A stretch of 64,000 nt of DNA from an uncultured Candidatus Saccharibacteria bacterium (GCA_964431415.1 CAYSJS010000001.1:1740-65739); one strand, 5' to 3'; positions 26,998 to 35,592 are shown, counted from the stretch's first letter. Program-made: numbers and translations. The notes: a model not told the origin generated them from the letters alone.

Positions 26998-27471
26998 ATG
27001 AAATTTCACGAACTAAAGACAGTTACCAAAGTAGGAAAAGGCAAGAGCCGCGTTGGTCGTGGTATTGCTGCCGGACAAGGTAAAACAGCTGGTCGCGGTA
27101 CTAAAGGATATGGCTCACGTACCGGCTCGACTCGCCGCCCAGGATTTGAAGGTGGACAGAATCCTCTTATGCAGCGTTTACCAAAACTCCGCGGTTTTGC
27201 AAGCAAGCACCCAAAGCCAGAACTTGTTAAGCTCAGTGATTTAGCAAAAATCAAAGGCACAGTTGACGCTTTTAGTGCATATGAAGCGGGAATTATCAGC
27301 AGTCCCTACGTCATTGTCAAACTGATTGGGAGCGGCACGGTCAGCGGCAAACACACCGTAAAACTTCCTTTGGCTACTAAATCTGCTATCGAAGCAGTCA
27401 CTAAGGCTGGCGGCACCTTTACGGTCACTCCACAGGTTGCACGCACTGCCAAAGAAACCGTCGAAGCCTAA
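26998..27471 (+). CDS. rplO: 50S ribosomal protein L15
   Basis: GRGIAAGQGKTAGRGTKG motif. Starts 1 nt after the rpsE stop, so there is no room for rpmD. Confidence 0.95.
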   Translation: MKFHELKTVTKVGKGKSRVGRGIAAGQGKTAGRGTKGYGSRTGSTRRPGFEGGQNPLMQRLPKLRGFASKHPKPELVKLSDLAKIKGTVDAFSAYEAGIISSPYVIVKLIGSGTVSGKHTVKLPLATKSAIEAVTKAGGTFTVTPQVARTAKETVEA

Positions 27472-27603
27472 AAAGAAAAGTCCTACGGCGAGGCAGGGTG
27501 TTGTTATTCTGTATAAGTACGCAACAAAAGTTTGGCTTTTTACTGATCGTACGGTTAAATAATTAGTAGATCTAAACTAGAGAAAAAGCGAGAGAGGGTT
27601 AAC

Positions 27604-29109
27604 GTGAACTGGAAAACCATTAGTTTGTCATTAAAAAACGGCGATATGCGAAAACGCATCTTTGCAGTCTTAGGCATGCTTTTGGTTTTTCGCTTTTTAG
27701 CACATATACCTATACCACTCAGCAACCCGGAAACACTGAAGCAAATCATAGAAAACGCTTTTAATTCTGCGCAATCCTCATCTTTCGTAAGCTTTATCAA
27801 TGTGCTGAGCGGCGGTGCGCTGGCTAACTTTTCTATAATGCTGGTTGGTATGGGGCCATATATTAATGCGTCCATTATTATTCAGCTTCTTACGCGTGCA
27901 ATTCCAAAGCTTGAAGCCCTCAATAAAGAAGGTGAGTTTGGACGCAAGAAGCTCAACCAATACACCCGCATGTTGGCGTTTCCGCTTGCCATCATCCAGT
28001 CTGTAGGCATGATCTACCTGGTTAGACAGGTCGCTAGCAGCTATAGTGGACTTGGCGATATTACGGCCGGTAGCAGCTTGGCGCAGTGGGTTCTGATGGT
28101 TGCAGCCCTCACCGGCGGGTCAATGATACTTATGTGGCTCGGCGAGTTGATTACCGAAAAAAGCGTTGGCAACGGTATAAGCTTAGTCATTACTGTAGGT
28201 ATTGTCAGCGGTCTTCCAAGCACTATTTCGAGCATTGTGAGCAGCGTATATGACAGCGCACATAAGTGGCACATACTCGGACTCAATCTACCTTTTAACC
28301 GAACGGCTTTTTATTATGCGCTCATTATGTTGGTGGCGGTCATAACCGTAACCTGGCTGGTGGTAAAAATAAATGAAGCCGCTCGCAATATTACTGTTAA
28401 CTACGCAAAACGCGTCCAAGGAAGCAGAGCTTACGGAGGCGTTACTACCACGCTGCCCATCAAGCTCATCGCAGCAGGAGTAATCCCGATTATCTTTGCG
28501 GTTGCCTTCTTAAGCGTACCAAGTTATGTCGGACAAATATTAACGTCCTCTACCACCGAAAAATGGTCAACCCTGGGTACAAACTTGGTTACCTGGTTCC
28601 AAAACCCAAGTTCAACCACCTTTGCGGCTGGCGGATTTACGCCGTACATATATCCGATCGTATACTTTGTGCTGGTAGTAGTTTTTACGTACTTCTATAC
28701 CAGCGTTACCTTTAACGCTAAAGAAATTGCCGAGAACCTGCAGCAGCAGGGCGGCTTTATAGGTGATGTGCGAGCCGGTAAACAGACTGAAAAGTACCTT
28801 ACTAAGGTCGTTAACCGACTTACCCTTTTTGGTTCGTTCAGTTTGGGCTTGCTGGCGCTCATGCCAATCTTAGCTCAGGCGTTCCTGAAAGTTAACATCG
28901 CTATCGGCGGTACAAGCATTCTCATCTTAGTTTCTGTCGCTCTTGAGACTCTGCGAGCAGTTGAATCCAGGGCACTGATGGTAACGTATGACCAGTATTC
29001 TGAACCGAGCTACCTTGTGGGTGAAGATGATGGGCCGGTTGAGAAAAAGCGTCGCTTCATGCGTTTTAAGACGAGATCGGCCAAGAAAAAACCGAAAGCT
29101 AAAAGCTAG
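27604..29109 (+). CDS. secY: Preprotein translocase subunit SecY (with a basic C-terminal extension)
   Basis: About ten hydrophobic helices. SecY-like blocks (LGMGPYINASIIIQLL, GNGISL). Synteny after rplO. Confidence 0.93.
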   Translation: MNWKTISLSLKNGDMRKRIFAVLGMLLVFRFLAHIPIPLSNPETLKQIIENAFNSAQSSSFVSFINVLSGGALANFSIMLVGMGPYINASIIIQLLTRAIPKLEALNKEGEFGRKKLNQYTRMLAFPLAIIQSVGMIYLVRQVASSYSGLGDITAGSSLAQWVLMVAALTGGSMILMWLGELITEKSVGNGISLVITVGIVSGLPSTISSIVSSVYDSAHKWHILGLNLPFNRTAFYYALIMLVAVITVTWLVVKINEAARNITVNYAKRVQGSRAYGGVTTTLPIKLIAAGVIPIIFAVAFLSVPSYVGQILTSSTTEKWSTLGTNLVTWFQNPSSTTFAAGGFTPYIYPIVYFVLVVVFTYFYTSVTFNAKEIAENLQQQGGFIGDVRAGKQTEKYLTKVVNRLTLFGSFSLGLLALMPILAQAFLKVNIAIGGTSILILVSVALETLRAVESRALMVTYDQYSEPSYLVGEDDGPVEKKRRFMRFKTRSAKKKPKAKS

Positions 29110-29133
29110 CTCGTTTTTAAGGTAATAAAACAC

Positions 29134-29163
29134 TTTACAAACAGCGGTTAACTCTGTTATAAT
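29134..29163 (+). promoter_or_regulatory. Candidate promoter for infA (TTTACA-N18-TATAAT, preceded by AACAC)
   Basis: Hexamers at 29134-29139 and 29158-29163. Confidence 0.5.
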
Positions 29164-29178
29164 CCCAAGTTGATATTT

Positions 29179-29400
29179 ATGGCCAAAAACAAGGAAGTCA
29201 TTGAGCTAGCCGGTACGATCACCGAGACATTACCGGGCACACAGTTTCGTGTCCAACTTGAGAATGGCCATCAAATCATAGCCCACGTTGCAGGCAAAAT
29301 GCGCAAGCACTTTATCCGCATCGTCCCGGGTGATAGCGTAACGGTTGAGTTAACCCCATACGACCTTACCAAAGGACGTATCACTTACCGTAAGAGCTAA
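29179..29400 (+). CDS. infA: Translation initiation factor IF-1
   Basis: [45 protein letters not shown]. The ATG at 29179 was chosen over the TTG at 29170. Confidence 0.95.
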   Translation: MAKNKEVIELAGTITETLPGTQFRVQLENGHQIIAHVAGKMRKHFIRIVPGDSVTVELTPYDLTKGRITYRKS

Positions 29401-29537
29401 AAGAGGTTAGTACTTTCACAGTTAGGCACCAGGGCTGGAGATTACACTCCGAATTGTGCCTTTTTGTGAAGATACTTTCAAAGTATTTATTAATAATTTA
29501 ACGCAGTGTGTCACTTCTTTAGAAAGGAGAGATCCGT

Positions 29538-29654
29538 ATGAAAGTACGTGCGAGCATCAAAAAGATCAGCCCGGACGACAAAATCGTTCGCCGCAAAGGA
29601 CGTTTATACGTCATAAACAAGTTTAAACCAAAGCATAAGCAGAGGCAGGGTTAA
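29538..29654 (+). CDS. rpmJ: 50S ribosomal protein L36 (38 aa; below the ORF-track cutoff)
   Basis: Manual translation gives [38 protein letters not shown]. An AAAGGAGAG RBS lies at 29523-29531. Located between infA and rpsM as expected. Confidence 0.9.
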   Translation: MKVRASIKKISPDDKIVRRKGRLYVINKFKPKHKQRQG

Positions 29655-29656
29655 AT

Positions 29657-30043
29657 ATGGCACGTATAGCTGGTGTAACCATTCCTTCAGAAAAGCAGAT
29701 TGGCATTGCCCTTACATATGTATACGGCATCGGTCCAAAAACTGCAGCAAGTGTCTTAGCAAAAGCAAAAGTCGACACGACAGTTCGCGTGAAGAATCTT
29801 ACCGACGATGAGCTAGGCCGTATTACTGATGTTATTGCCGCCGACCTCACCGTTGAAGGTGAGCTGCAGCGCATCGTAACTGCAAATATCAAGCGCCTTA
29901 AGGACATTAAAGCATATCGTGGCCTACGTCACGCCGCTAACCTTCCATCGCGCGGACAGCGCACGCGCACTAACGCGCGCACACGCCGCGGCAAGAAGGT
30001 TACTGTCGGTGGAACCGCTAAAAAAGTAGCTTCGAAGACTTAA
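29657..30043 (+). CDS. rpsM: 30S ribosomal protein S13
   Basis: MARIAGVTIP...YGIGPKTA...YRGLRH. Confidence 0.97.
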   Translation: MARIAGVTIPSEKQIGIALTYVYGIGPKTAASVLAKAKVDTTVRVKNLTDDELGRITDVIAADLTVEGELQRIVTANIKRLKDIKAYRGLRHAANLPSRGQRTRTNARTRRGKKVTVGGTAKKVASKT

Positions 30044-30061
30044 AAGGAAAGGAAATAGCAT

Positions 30062-30514
30062 ATGTCTGATACAACTCCCACCACTCCTGCAGAAGTCACG
30101 CCAGCTACCGTTGAAGCAGCAACTCCTGCCGTCGCCGCACCAAAACGCAAAAAACTGAAGCGCTCGGTGCCATTTGGTCAAGTACACATTCTTGCAACAT
30201 TTAACAATACCATCATTACCGTCACCGACCCTAAAGGCGGCGCATTGACTTTTTCTAGCGCCGGCGCATGCGGTTTCCGCGGCTCTAAAAAAGGTACTGC
30301 TTATGCAGCCCAGGTAGCAGCAGAAAAAGCACTCGGCGAAGCAAAACAGTCTCATGGACTCGTAAAAGCTGACGTGTACGTTCGCGGCATTGGTCTTGGC
30401 CGAGAAGCCGCTATCCGCGCAATGCAGGTAGCAGGTATAGCTGTAGAAGGTATACACGATGTAACCGGCGTGCCACACGGTGGTGTTCGCCCGAAGAAAG
30501 CACGAAGGGTTTAA
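30062..30514 (+). CDS. rpsK: 30S ribosomal protein S11 (Thr/Pro/Ala-rich N-terminal extension)
   Basis: HILATFNNTIITVTDPKG...GFRGSKKGT. Confidence 0.96.
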   Translation: MSDTTPTTPAEVTPATVEAATPAVAAPKRKKLKRSVPFGQVHILATFNNTIITVTDPKGGALTFSSAGACGFRGSKKGTAYAAQVAAEKALGEAKQSHGLVKADVYVRGIGLGREAAIRAMQVAGIAVEGIHDVTGVPHGGVRPKKARRV

Positions 30515-30517
30515 ACT

Positions 30518-31129
30518 ATGAGCAAAGCATCTATTGTTAAACAGAGCCGCCGCGAAGGTTACGCGCTGCACCCTAAAGCCCTAAAGGCAATGGTGAAGCG
30601 CACCAGTCTTCCTGGCGTACAGGGTGGACGCAACCAAAGAGCAAAATCAAGCCAGTACTCACTGCAGCTCCGTGAAAAGCAAAAAGTGAAGCGGCTGTAT
30701 GGGCTTTTGGAGAGACAGTTCGAAAATCTCATGAAAGAAGCCAGCCGTACTGAAGGTCAGTCAGGACAGACACTTCTTCGTTTTTTGGAGCAGAGACTTG
30801 ACAACGTTATCTACCGCGCAGGATTTGCGCCAAGCCGCCCAGCTGCTCGTCAGCTCGTGACTCACGGACACTTCATGCTGAATGGCCGCCGTGTTGACAT
30901 TCCTTCTATTCGCGTAAAGGCCGGCGACGAAATCGTTGCACGACCACATAGCGCTAACAACAGTTACTTCCAGCGGCTTGATGAAGTAAGCCCCAGCGCC
31001 GAAACAAGCCTCAGTTGGATGAAAGTGAATCGCAAGAAGCTAGCCGTTACTGTAACTGGCCAGCCGACAAGAGATGAAGCTGAACCTGAGATCAAAGAGC
31101 AATTAATTGTAGAATACTACTCACGCTAG
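30518..31129 (+). CDS. rpsD: 30S ribosomal protein S4
   Basis: S4-domain block LERRLDNVIYRAGFA...ARQLVTHGHF. Synteny. Confidence 0.96.
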   Translation: MSKASIVKQSRREGYALHPKALKAMVKRTSLPGVQGGRNQRAKSSQYSLQLREKQKVKRLYGLLERQFENLMKEASRTEGQSGQTLLRFLEQRLDNVIYRAGFAPSRPAARQLVTHGHFMLNGRRVDIPSIRVKAGDEIVARPHSANNSYFQRLDEVSPSAETSLSWMKVNRKKLAVTVTGQPTRDEAEPEIKEQLIVEYYSR

Positions 31130-31149
31130 GGAGGCGGGGAACAATCACT

Positions 31150-32088
31150 ATGTCAAAACAGATCCACACACCAACACTCAGCAAGGTCGACGACCACACT
31201 ACTACGAGCAGTACTTTCGTTATCGAACCTTTGCACACCGGCTACGGTATGACCCTCGGTAACTCTATCCGCCGCGTTTTGCTTTCAAGCATTGCCGGCG
31301 CAGCAATTACCGCTTTTAAGATCGAAGGCGCAACCCACGAGTTTACAACCGTTAAGGGCGTAAAAGAAGATGTCGTTGACATCATGCTGAACCTCAAGGG
31401 CGTTCGCTTCCGTGTATACAGCCAGGAACCACAAACCCTGCGTATTGTTAAAAAAGGTAAGGGCGTTGTTACTGCTAAAGATATTCAGCTGAATGCCGAT
31501 GTCGAAGTAGTAAACCCAGGCCATGTAATTGCTACGGTTGACGATGACAAGACCACCTTTACTATGGACCTCGTCGTCGAAACAGGCCGCGGCTACCGCT
31601 CTATAGACGAAAGCGCAGCCAAAAAGGCGAGCGATATGATCGCACTTGACGCAATCTTTAGCCCGGTACTCCGCGTTAGGTACAAGGTAGAGAACACCCG
31701 CGTTGGTCAAACCACTGACCTCGACAAGTTACTTCTTACTGTAGAGACTGACGGTTCGATCACCCCACGCGATGCCTTTGAAGAGGCAAATGCGATTTTG
31801 GTCAACCAATATACAGCTCTTGCTGGTCAGACCCGCGTTGAAGCACCTGCACCGTTAATCGACAGTGCTGCAAAAACCGGTGAAAGCGGCGACGAAGCAC
31901 CCGCACTCATGACTCCAATCGAAGACCTGAACCTGAGCGCACGCACTACCAACGCACTCATCAATAACGAAATTCACACACTGAAGGACTTATTTAGCCT
32001 TGGTGATGCCGAACTTCGCGACCTAAAAGGTTTTGGCAGCAAAGCACTTGATGAAGTCAAAGAAAAAATGGCGGAGTTGGAGCTTTAG
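31150..32088 (+). CDS. rpoA: DNA-directed RNA polymerase subunit alpha
   Basis: IEPLHTGYGMTLGNSIRRVLLSSI..., C-terminal domain LNLSARTTNAL. Synteny. Confidence 0.96.
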   Translation: MSKQIHTPTLSKVDDHTTTSSTFVIEPLHTGYGMTLGNSIRRVLLSSIAGAAITAFKIEGATHEFTTVKGVKEDVVDIMLNLKGVRFRVYSQEPQTLRIVKKGKGVVTAKDIQLNADVEVVNPGHVIATVDDDKTTFTMDLVVETGRGYRSIDESAAKKASDMIALDAIFSPVLRVRYKVENTRVGQTTDLDKLLLTVETDGSITPRDAFEEANAILVNQYTALAGQTRVEAPAPLIDSAAKTGESGDEAPALMTPIEDLNLSARTTNALINNEIHTLKDLFSLGDAELRDLKGFGSKALDEVKEKMAELEL

Positions 32089-32090
32089 AT

Positions 32091-32546
32091 ATGCATCGAC
32101 ACGGATATAAAGGCCGCAAATTCGGCCGTGAACGAGATCAGCGCGCCGCCCTCATTAAGGGCTTGGCTTCTGCGCTCGTTGATCATGGAGCAATAGAAAC
32201 CACACTTCCAAAAGCAAAAGCTGTAGTACCCTACACAGAAAAACTCATCACTAAAGCTAAGCGCGGCGATCTTCACAACCGCCGCCAAGTGATTAGCTCA
32301 CTAAACACGCTCGCGACCGCTCACAAGCTCGTTGACGAGATAGCACCAAAGCTAACCCACCGCGTAAGCGGACACTTGCGCATCGAAAAGATCGGCACAC
32401 GCCGCGGTGACAACAGCGACATGGCACGCGTAAGTTTTGTTGATGACCTAAAGCAGGCTCCGGTGGCAAAGCCAGCCGCGCCAGCAGAGTCAAGAGTCAA
32501 GAGTAAAGAGTCAAGAAAAGCTCCAAAGACAAAGGAGACGAAATAA
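32091..32546 (+). CDS. rplQ: 50S ribosomal protein L17 (C-terminal low-complexity extension)
   Basis: MHRHGYKGRKFGRERDQR...TTLPKAK. Confidence 0.95.
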   Translation: MHRHGYKGRKFGRERDQRAALIKGLASALVDHGAIETTLPKAKAVVPYTEKLITKAKRGDLHNRRQVISSLNTLATAHKLVDEIAPKLTHRVSGHLRIEKIGTRRGDNSDMARVSFVDDLKQAPVAKPAAPAESRVKSKESRKAPKTKETK

Positions 32547-32986
32547 TGAAGACTTATTCTGCTAAACCAAGTGACGTAACCCGAGCATGGTACATTGTTG
32601 ACGCTTCAGAAGCACCGCTCGGACGCGTTGCTACCAAGATCGCAACTCTGCTGACCGGCAAAGGTAAACCAATGTTTACAAAACACATCGACTGCGGCGA
32701 CTACGTTGTCGTCATTAACGCCGACAAAGTTGTGGTAACCGGCAAAAAAACCGAAGATAAGATGTACTACCACCACAGCCAATTCCCAGGTGGGTTAAAA
32801 GAGCTTCGCCTTAAAGAAGTTATGGTGAAGGATCCAACCAAGGTACTCACAGAAGCAGTTCGCGGCATGTTGCCTGTTAACAAACTTCGCCCAGAACGCT
32901 TGCAGCGTCTTAAAGTATATGCCGGTGCAGAACATAATCACGCCGCACAGCAACCCATTGCAGTGAGCGTGAAAGGAGATAAATAA
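32546..32986 (+). CDS. rplM: 50S ribosomal protein L13
   Basis: WYIVDASEAPLGRVATKIATLLTGKGKP... Confidence 0.96.
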   Translation: MKTYSAKPSDVTRAWYIVDASEAPLGRVATKIATLLTGKGKPMFTKHIDCGDYVVVINADKVVVTGKKTEDKMYYHHSQFPGGLKELRLKEVMVKDPTKVLTEAVRGMLPVNKLRPERLQRLKVYAGAEHNHAAQQPIAVSVKGDK

Positions 32987-32988
32987 TT

Positions 32989-33384
32989 ATGGCGAAAGAT
33001 ACCTATTTCTACGCTCTAGGCCGTCGTAAGCGCGCTACAGCTCGTGTCCGCCTCCAGAGCGGCAAAGGCTCTATTGTGATCAACGACAAGCCTGCAGAAG
33101 AATACTTGAGTGGCAGCGAATATCTGCTTACTGAGCTTAAGCAGCCATTTGCCGTGATTGAAAAAGATGCTTTTGACGTAACCGTCAGAGTTGACGGCGG
33201 CGGCTTGGCCGGCCAAGTTGATGCAATCCGCTTAGGAATTGCCAAGACTCTTGCTGCCATGAATGAAGATCTAAAAGGCACGTTGAAACGTGCAGAACTT
33301 CTTGGACGCGATCCTCGCGAGAAAGAACGCAAGAAGTTTGGTCTGAAGAAGGCCCGCAAGCAACGCCAGTTCACAAAACGCTAG
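32989..33384 (+). CDS. rpsI: 30S ribosomal protein S9
   Basis: GRRKRATARVRLQSGKGSIVIN... with C-terminal ...KKARKQRQFTKR. Confidence 0.96.
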   Translation: MAKDTYFYALGRRKRATARVRLQSGKGSIVINDKPAEEYLSGSEYLLTELKQPFAVIEKDAFDVTVRVDGGGLAGQVDAIRLGIAKTLAAMNEDLKGTLKRAELLGRDPREKERKKFGLKKARKQRQFTKR

Positions 33385-33435
33385 TTTGGCTTCATATTTT
33401 CGGCTGATAGCATTGTCTAATTCTGTGTTCCTCCT

Positions 33436-33455
33436 GGCTGTATAAATATACAGCC
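33436..33455 (+). other. Perfect 9-bp palindrome ggctgtata-aa-tatacagcc after rpsI
   Basis: Read directly from the sequence. No T-tract follows. Confidence 0.3.
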
Positions 33456-33487
33456 ACTTGCGGTACTCGAATTACCCGCGCTACAGC

Positions 33488-33566
33488 CAAAAATCTGTAA
33501 CCCAAACATCGCATTTTAGGAATAACCAACCATCAAAGAAATTTGATTGAGGTGGTTTTTTCTTTT
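33488..33566 (+). repeat. Unit A of a duplicated element of about 77 nt that ends in a terminator-like hairpin
   Basis: caaaaatctgtaacccaaacatcgcattttaggaataacc... is followed by an imperfect hairpin (aaccaaccatcaa / ttgattgaggtggtt) and a T-run. Confidence 0.5.
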
Positions 33567-33641
33567 GGCTTTGCTCAAATACGGCAAGCTGCGCTCAAAT
33601 CCACCAAGATTCCTTATCTTTTTGCAGCTCGTGATAACAAA

Positions 33642-33718
33642 CAAAAATCCGTAACCAAAAACACCGCATTTTAGGGAGAACCACCTCGAAGTAAAATACG
33701 GGGTGGTTCTTGTTTTTA
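33642..33718 (+). repeat. Unit B of the same duplicated element
   Basis: caaaaatccgtaaccaaaaacaccgcattttagggagaacc... is followed by a hairpin (agaaccacc / ggtggttct) and tgttttt. Confidence 0.5.
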
Positions 33719-33765
33719 TACGTAATACTATATACGAAATACGGCATACGTTTTATACTTTAGGT

Positions 33766-34029
33766 ATGTTTAAGCATGAGCGTATACGCGAAGAGGACTA
33801 CTGGCTCTTTCTTATTGTTTTTATCAATATTCTGTCTGGCGGGATTGCCATGTATGCTTCGGTTCTGACATTTCGTCTACCGGCTCTTATTTTGTTCTGT
33901 CTCGGTTTATGGTTCACTTCAAACAAGATCCGTAGAGACTACTCGCCAAAAAGAGGACGCATTCATGTTGTATCTACTATTTTGCTTTCCGCCCTCCTCA
34001 CGCTCGGCGTACACGTATTGACAAATTAA
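33766..34029 (+). CDS. Hypothetical small membrane protein (87 aa)
   Basis: The ATG at 33766 was chosen because the ORF-track start at 33703 lies inside repeat unit B. Two or three hydrophobic helices. Confidence 0.45.
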   Translation: MFKHERIREEDYWLFLIVFINILSGGIAMYASVLTFRLPALILFCLGLWFTSNKIRRDYSPKRGRIHVVSTILLSALLTLGVHVLTN

Positions 34030-34146
34030 TAGTATAGAAGTAAAGTTACGCATCATGACAGCACTGAACAAAAAAGCCTATTGGTTTACCGACACACTCG
34101 TGGCGGTTTGTTCTGTGCGCTCCTAAAATAAGAGAATATTGATTAC

Positions 34147-34172
34147 ACCGCCACCAAGCAAGGCGGTTTTTT
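34147..34172 (+). terminator. Candidate rho-independent terminator
   Basis: accgcc / ggcggt form a 6-bp stem with a 9-nt loop, followed by a T6 run. Confidence 0.45.
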
Positions 34173-34187
34173 AATTTTAAGGAGAAA

Positions 34188-34364
34188 ATGACGATGGAAT
34201 CAGTAGAAAAAGTACGAGAAGAACTAAACCCGGATCTGCGGCTTGCGGTTAACGCCGCGCTAGAAGATGTGCGTGTTACACCAGTAACACCAGAAGATCC
34301 GCAAGATTCGCTTAGACGCTCTGTCGGCGTAACGGGTACCACACTTTTTACGGTGGATATATAG
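34188..34364 (+). CDS. Hypothetical 58-aa protein (below the ORF-track cutoff)
   Basis: Manual translation gives MTMESVEKVREELNPDLRLAVNAALEDVRVTPVTPEDPQDSLRRSVGVTGTTLFTVDI. A strong AAGGAG RBS lies 6 nt upstream. Confidence 0.4.
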   Translation: MTMESVEKVREELNPDLRLAVNAALEDVRVTPVTPEDPQDSLRRSVGVTGTTLFTVDI

Positions 34365-34419
34365 CTAGAATGGCTGGATTAATCTTTAATGACAATAACT
34401 TACGTTATAATGAAAGCAT

Positions 34420-35592
34420 ATGAGTAAAAAAGTAATTTTAACAGGTATTAGAGCCAATAACGATCTTACGATCGGTAATTATTTTGGCGCAATTATGCCC
34501 ATTATAGACATGGCTAAAAGGCGTTCGGAAGAATATCAAGTTAATCTGTTCGTACCTGACCTTCATAGCTTCACAACGCCCATCGACCATGCGGCTCTGC
34601 AGGCTCAAATTATGCATAACTTACGCATTTTTGTTGCGGCTGGCTTACCCTTAGACAAACCGGATGTGCATATTTACCGCCAAAGTTATATCCCGGCCCA
34701 TAGCGAGCTCACCTGGATCTTGGATTGCTTTACAGGAATGGGTGAGCTGGAGCGCATGACGCAATATAAAGATAAATCAGGTTTCCAAAACAACTATGAA
34801 CAGGCTTTGATGGAGCAGTTAGCTGCCGGTGACTATGGGTTTGAAGTGAAGCAGTCGAGCACTCCGCAAAATCCTGATTTTGTTATCAGAGACGAAAACG
34901 GCAACTACTTGAGCGTAGAAATTAAAGTTAAAAGGCAGATTGGACCAAGTGTGGGGTTGTTTAATTATCCTGTGCTTATGGCCGCGGATATTCTGTTATA
35001 CGACACCACGTATGTACCGGTCGGCGAAGACCAGACACAGCACCTTGAATTTACCCGCGATATTGCTGAGCGTATGAACGCAAAGTTCGGCAAGCTATTC
35101 GTAATCCCAGAAGCAGTAAAAAAACAGCACGAGTTTTTCGGGAAGGACCAGGGGCTTCGCATTAAAGATCTGCAGGATCCGTCTAAAAAAATGAGTAAGA
35201 GTGACGAAACAGGCAAGGGTGTTATATTCCTGGGCGACACCCCGGAAGCTGCAGCAAAGAAAATTATGAGTGCTACCACAGACTCACTGGGAGCGATACA
35301 CTTTGACTGGCAAAATCAGCCGGGCATTACTAACTTATTGCAAATTCTGGCTCTTGCTACAGAGAGGCCGCAAGAAGACGTCGTGAAACAGTGGGAAGGT
35401 AAGGGCGCGTACGGCGAGCTAAAGAAAGCTGTTGCCGAAGCCGTGACTGGCTTTTTGCAAGGCCTTCAGGGTCAGTTAAACAATGTAGATAGTGCGGCTA
35501 TTACCAAGAAACTTGAAGAATCCGAGGAACGCATGTGCGAAAAAGCAGGGGAAACATTACTACGGGCACAGAAAGCAGTTGGCTTACGCTAA
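34420..35592 (+). CDS. trpS: Tryptophan--tRNA ligase with an internal insertion
   Basis: TIGNYFGA (HIGH-equivalent, as in E. coli TIGN), YPVLMAADILLY, VPVGEDQTQHLEFTRDIAERMN and KMSKS motifs. Confidence 0.9.
   Translation: MSKKVILTGIRANNDLTIGNYFGAIMPIIDMAKRRSEEYQVNLFVPDLHSFTTPIDHAALQAQIMHNLRIFVAAGLPLDKPDVHIYRQSYIPAHSELTWILDCFTGMGELERMTQYKDKSGFQNNYEQALMEQLAAGDYGFEVKQSSTPQNPDFVIRDENGNYLSVEIKVKRQIGPSVGLFNYPVLMAADILLYDTTYVPVGEDQTQHLEFTRDIAERMNAKFGKLFVIPEAVKKQHEFFGKDQGLRIKDLQDPSKKMSKSDETGKGVIFLGDTPEAAAKKIMSATTDSLGAIHFDWQNQPGITNLLQILALATERPQEDVVKQWEGKGAYGELKKAVAEAVTGFLQGLQGQLNNVDSAAITKKLEESEERMCEKAGETLLRAQKAVGLR

Noticed and set aside
29401-29537. Possible terminator or structured element between infA and rpmJ (aggcac ... 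gtgcct followed by ttttt).
   Set aside because: The stem is only 6 bp around a loop of about 30 nt, and rpmJ-rpsM must still be expressed downstream. The support is too weak to call.
196-33374. Numerous antisense or out-of-frame ORFs inside rpoC, fusA, tuf, the r-protein genes and secY (for example 760-1113 minus, 4617-5153 minus, 12755-13237 minus, 23419-23976 minus, 26510-26980 minus, 29924-30571 minus).
   Set aside because: Each lies wholly within a confidently identified conserved gene on the other strand or in another frame. None has an RBS or a recognisable product. They are typical shadow ORFs.
34046-34342. 98-aa minus-strand ORF in the gap before trpS.
   Set aside because: It has no RBS and runs antisense to a plus-strand 58-codon ORF that has a strong AAGGAG site and an upstream terminator. 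The plus-strand reading is preferred, though it too is only moderately supported.
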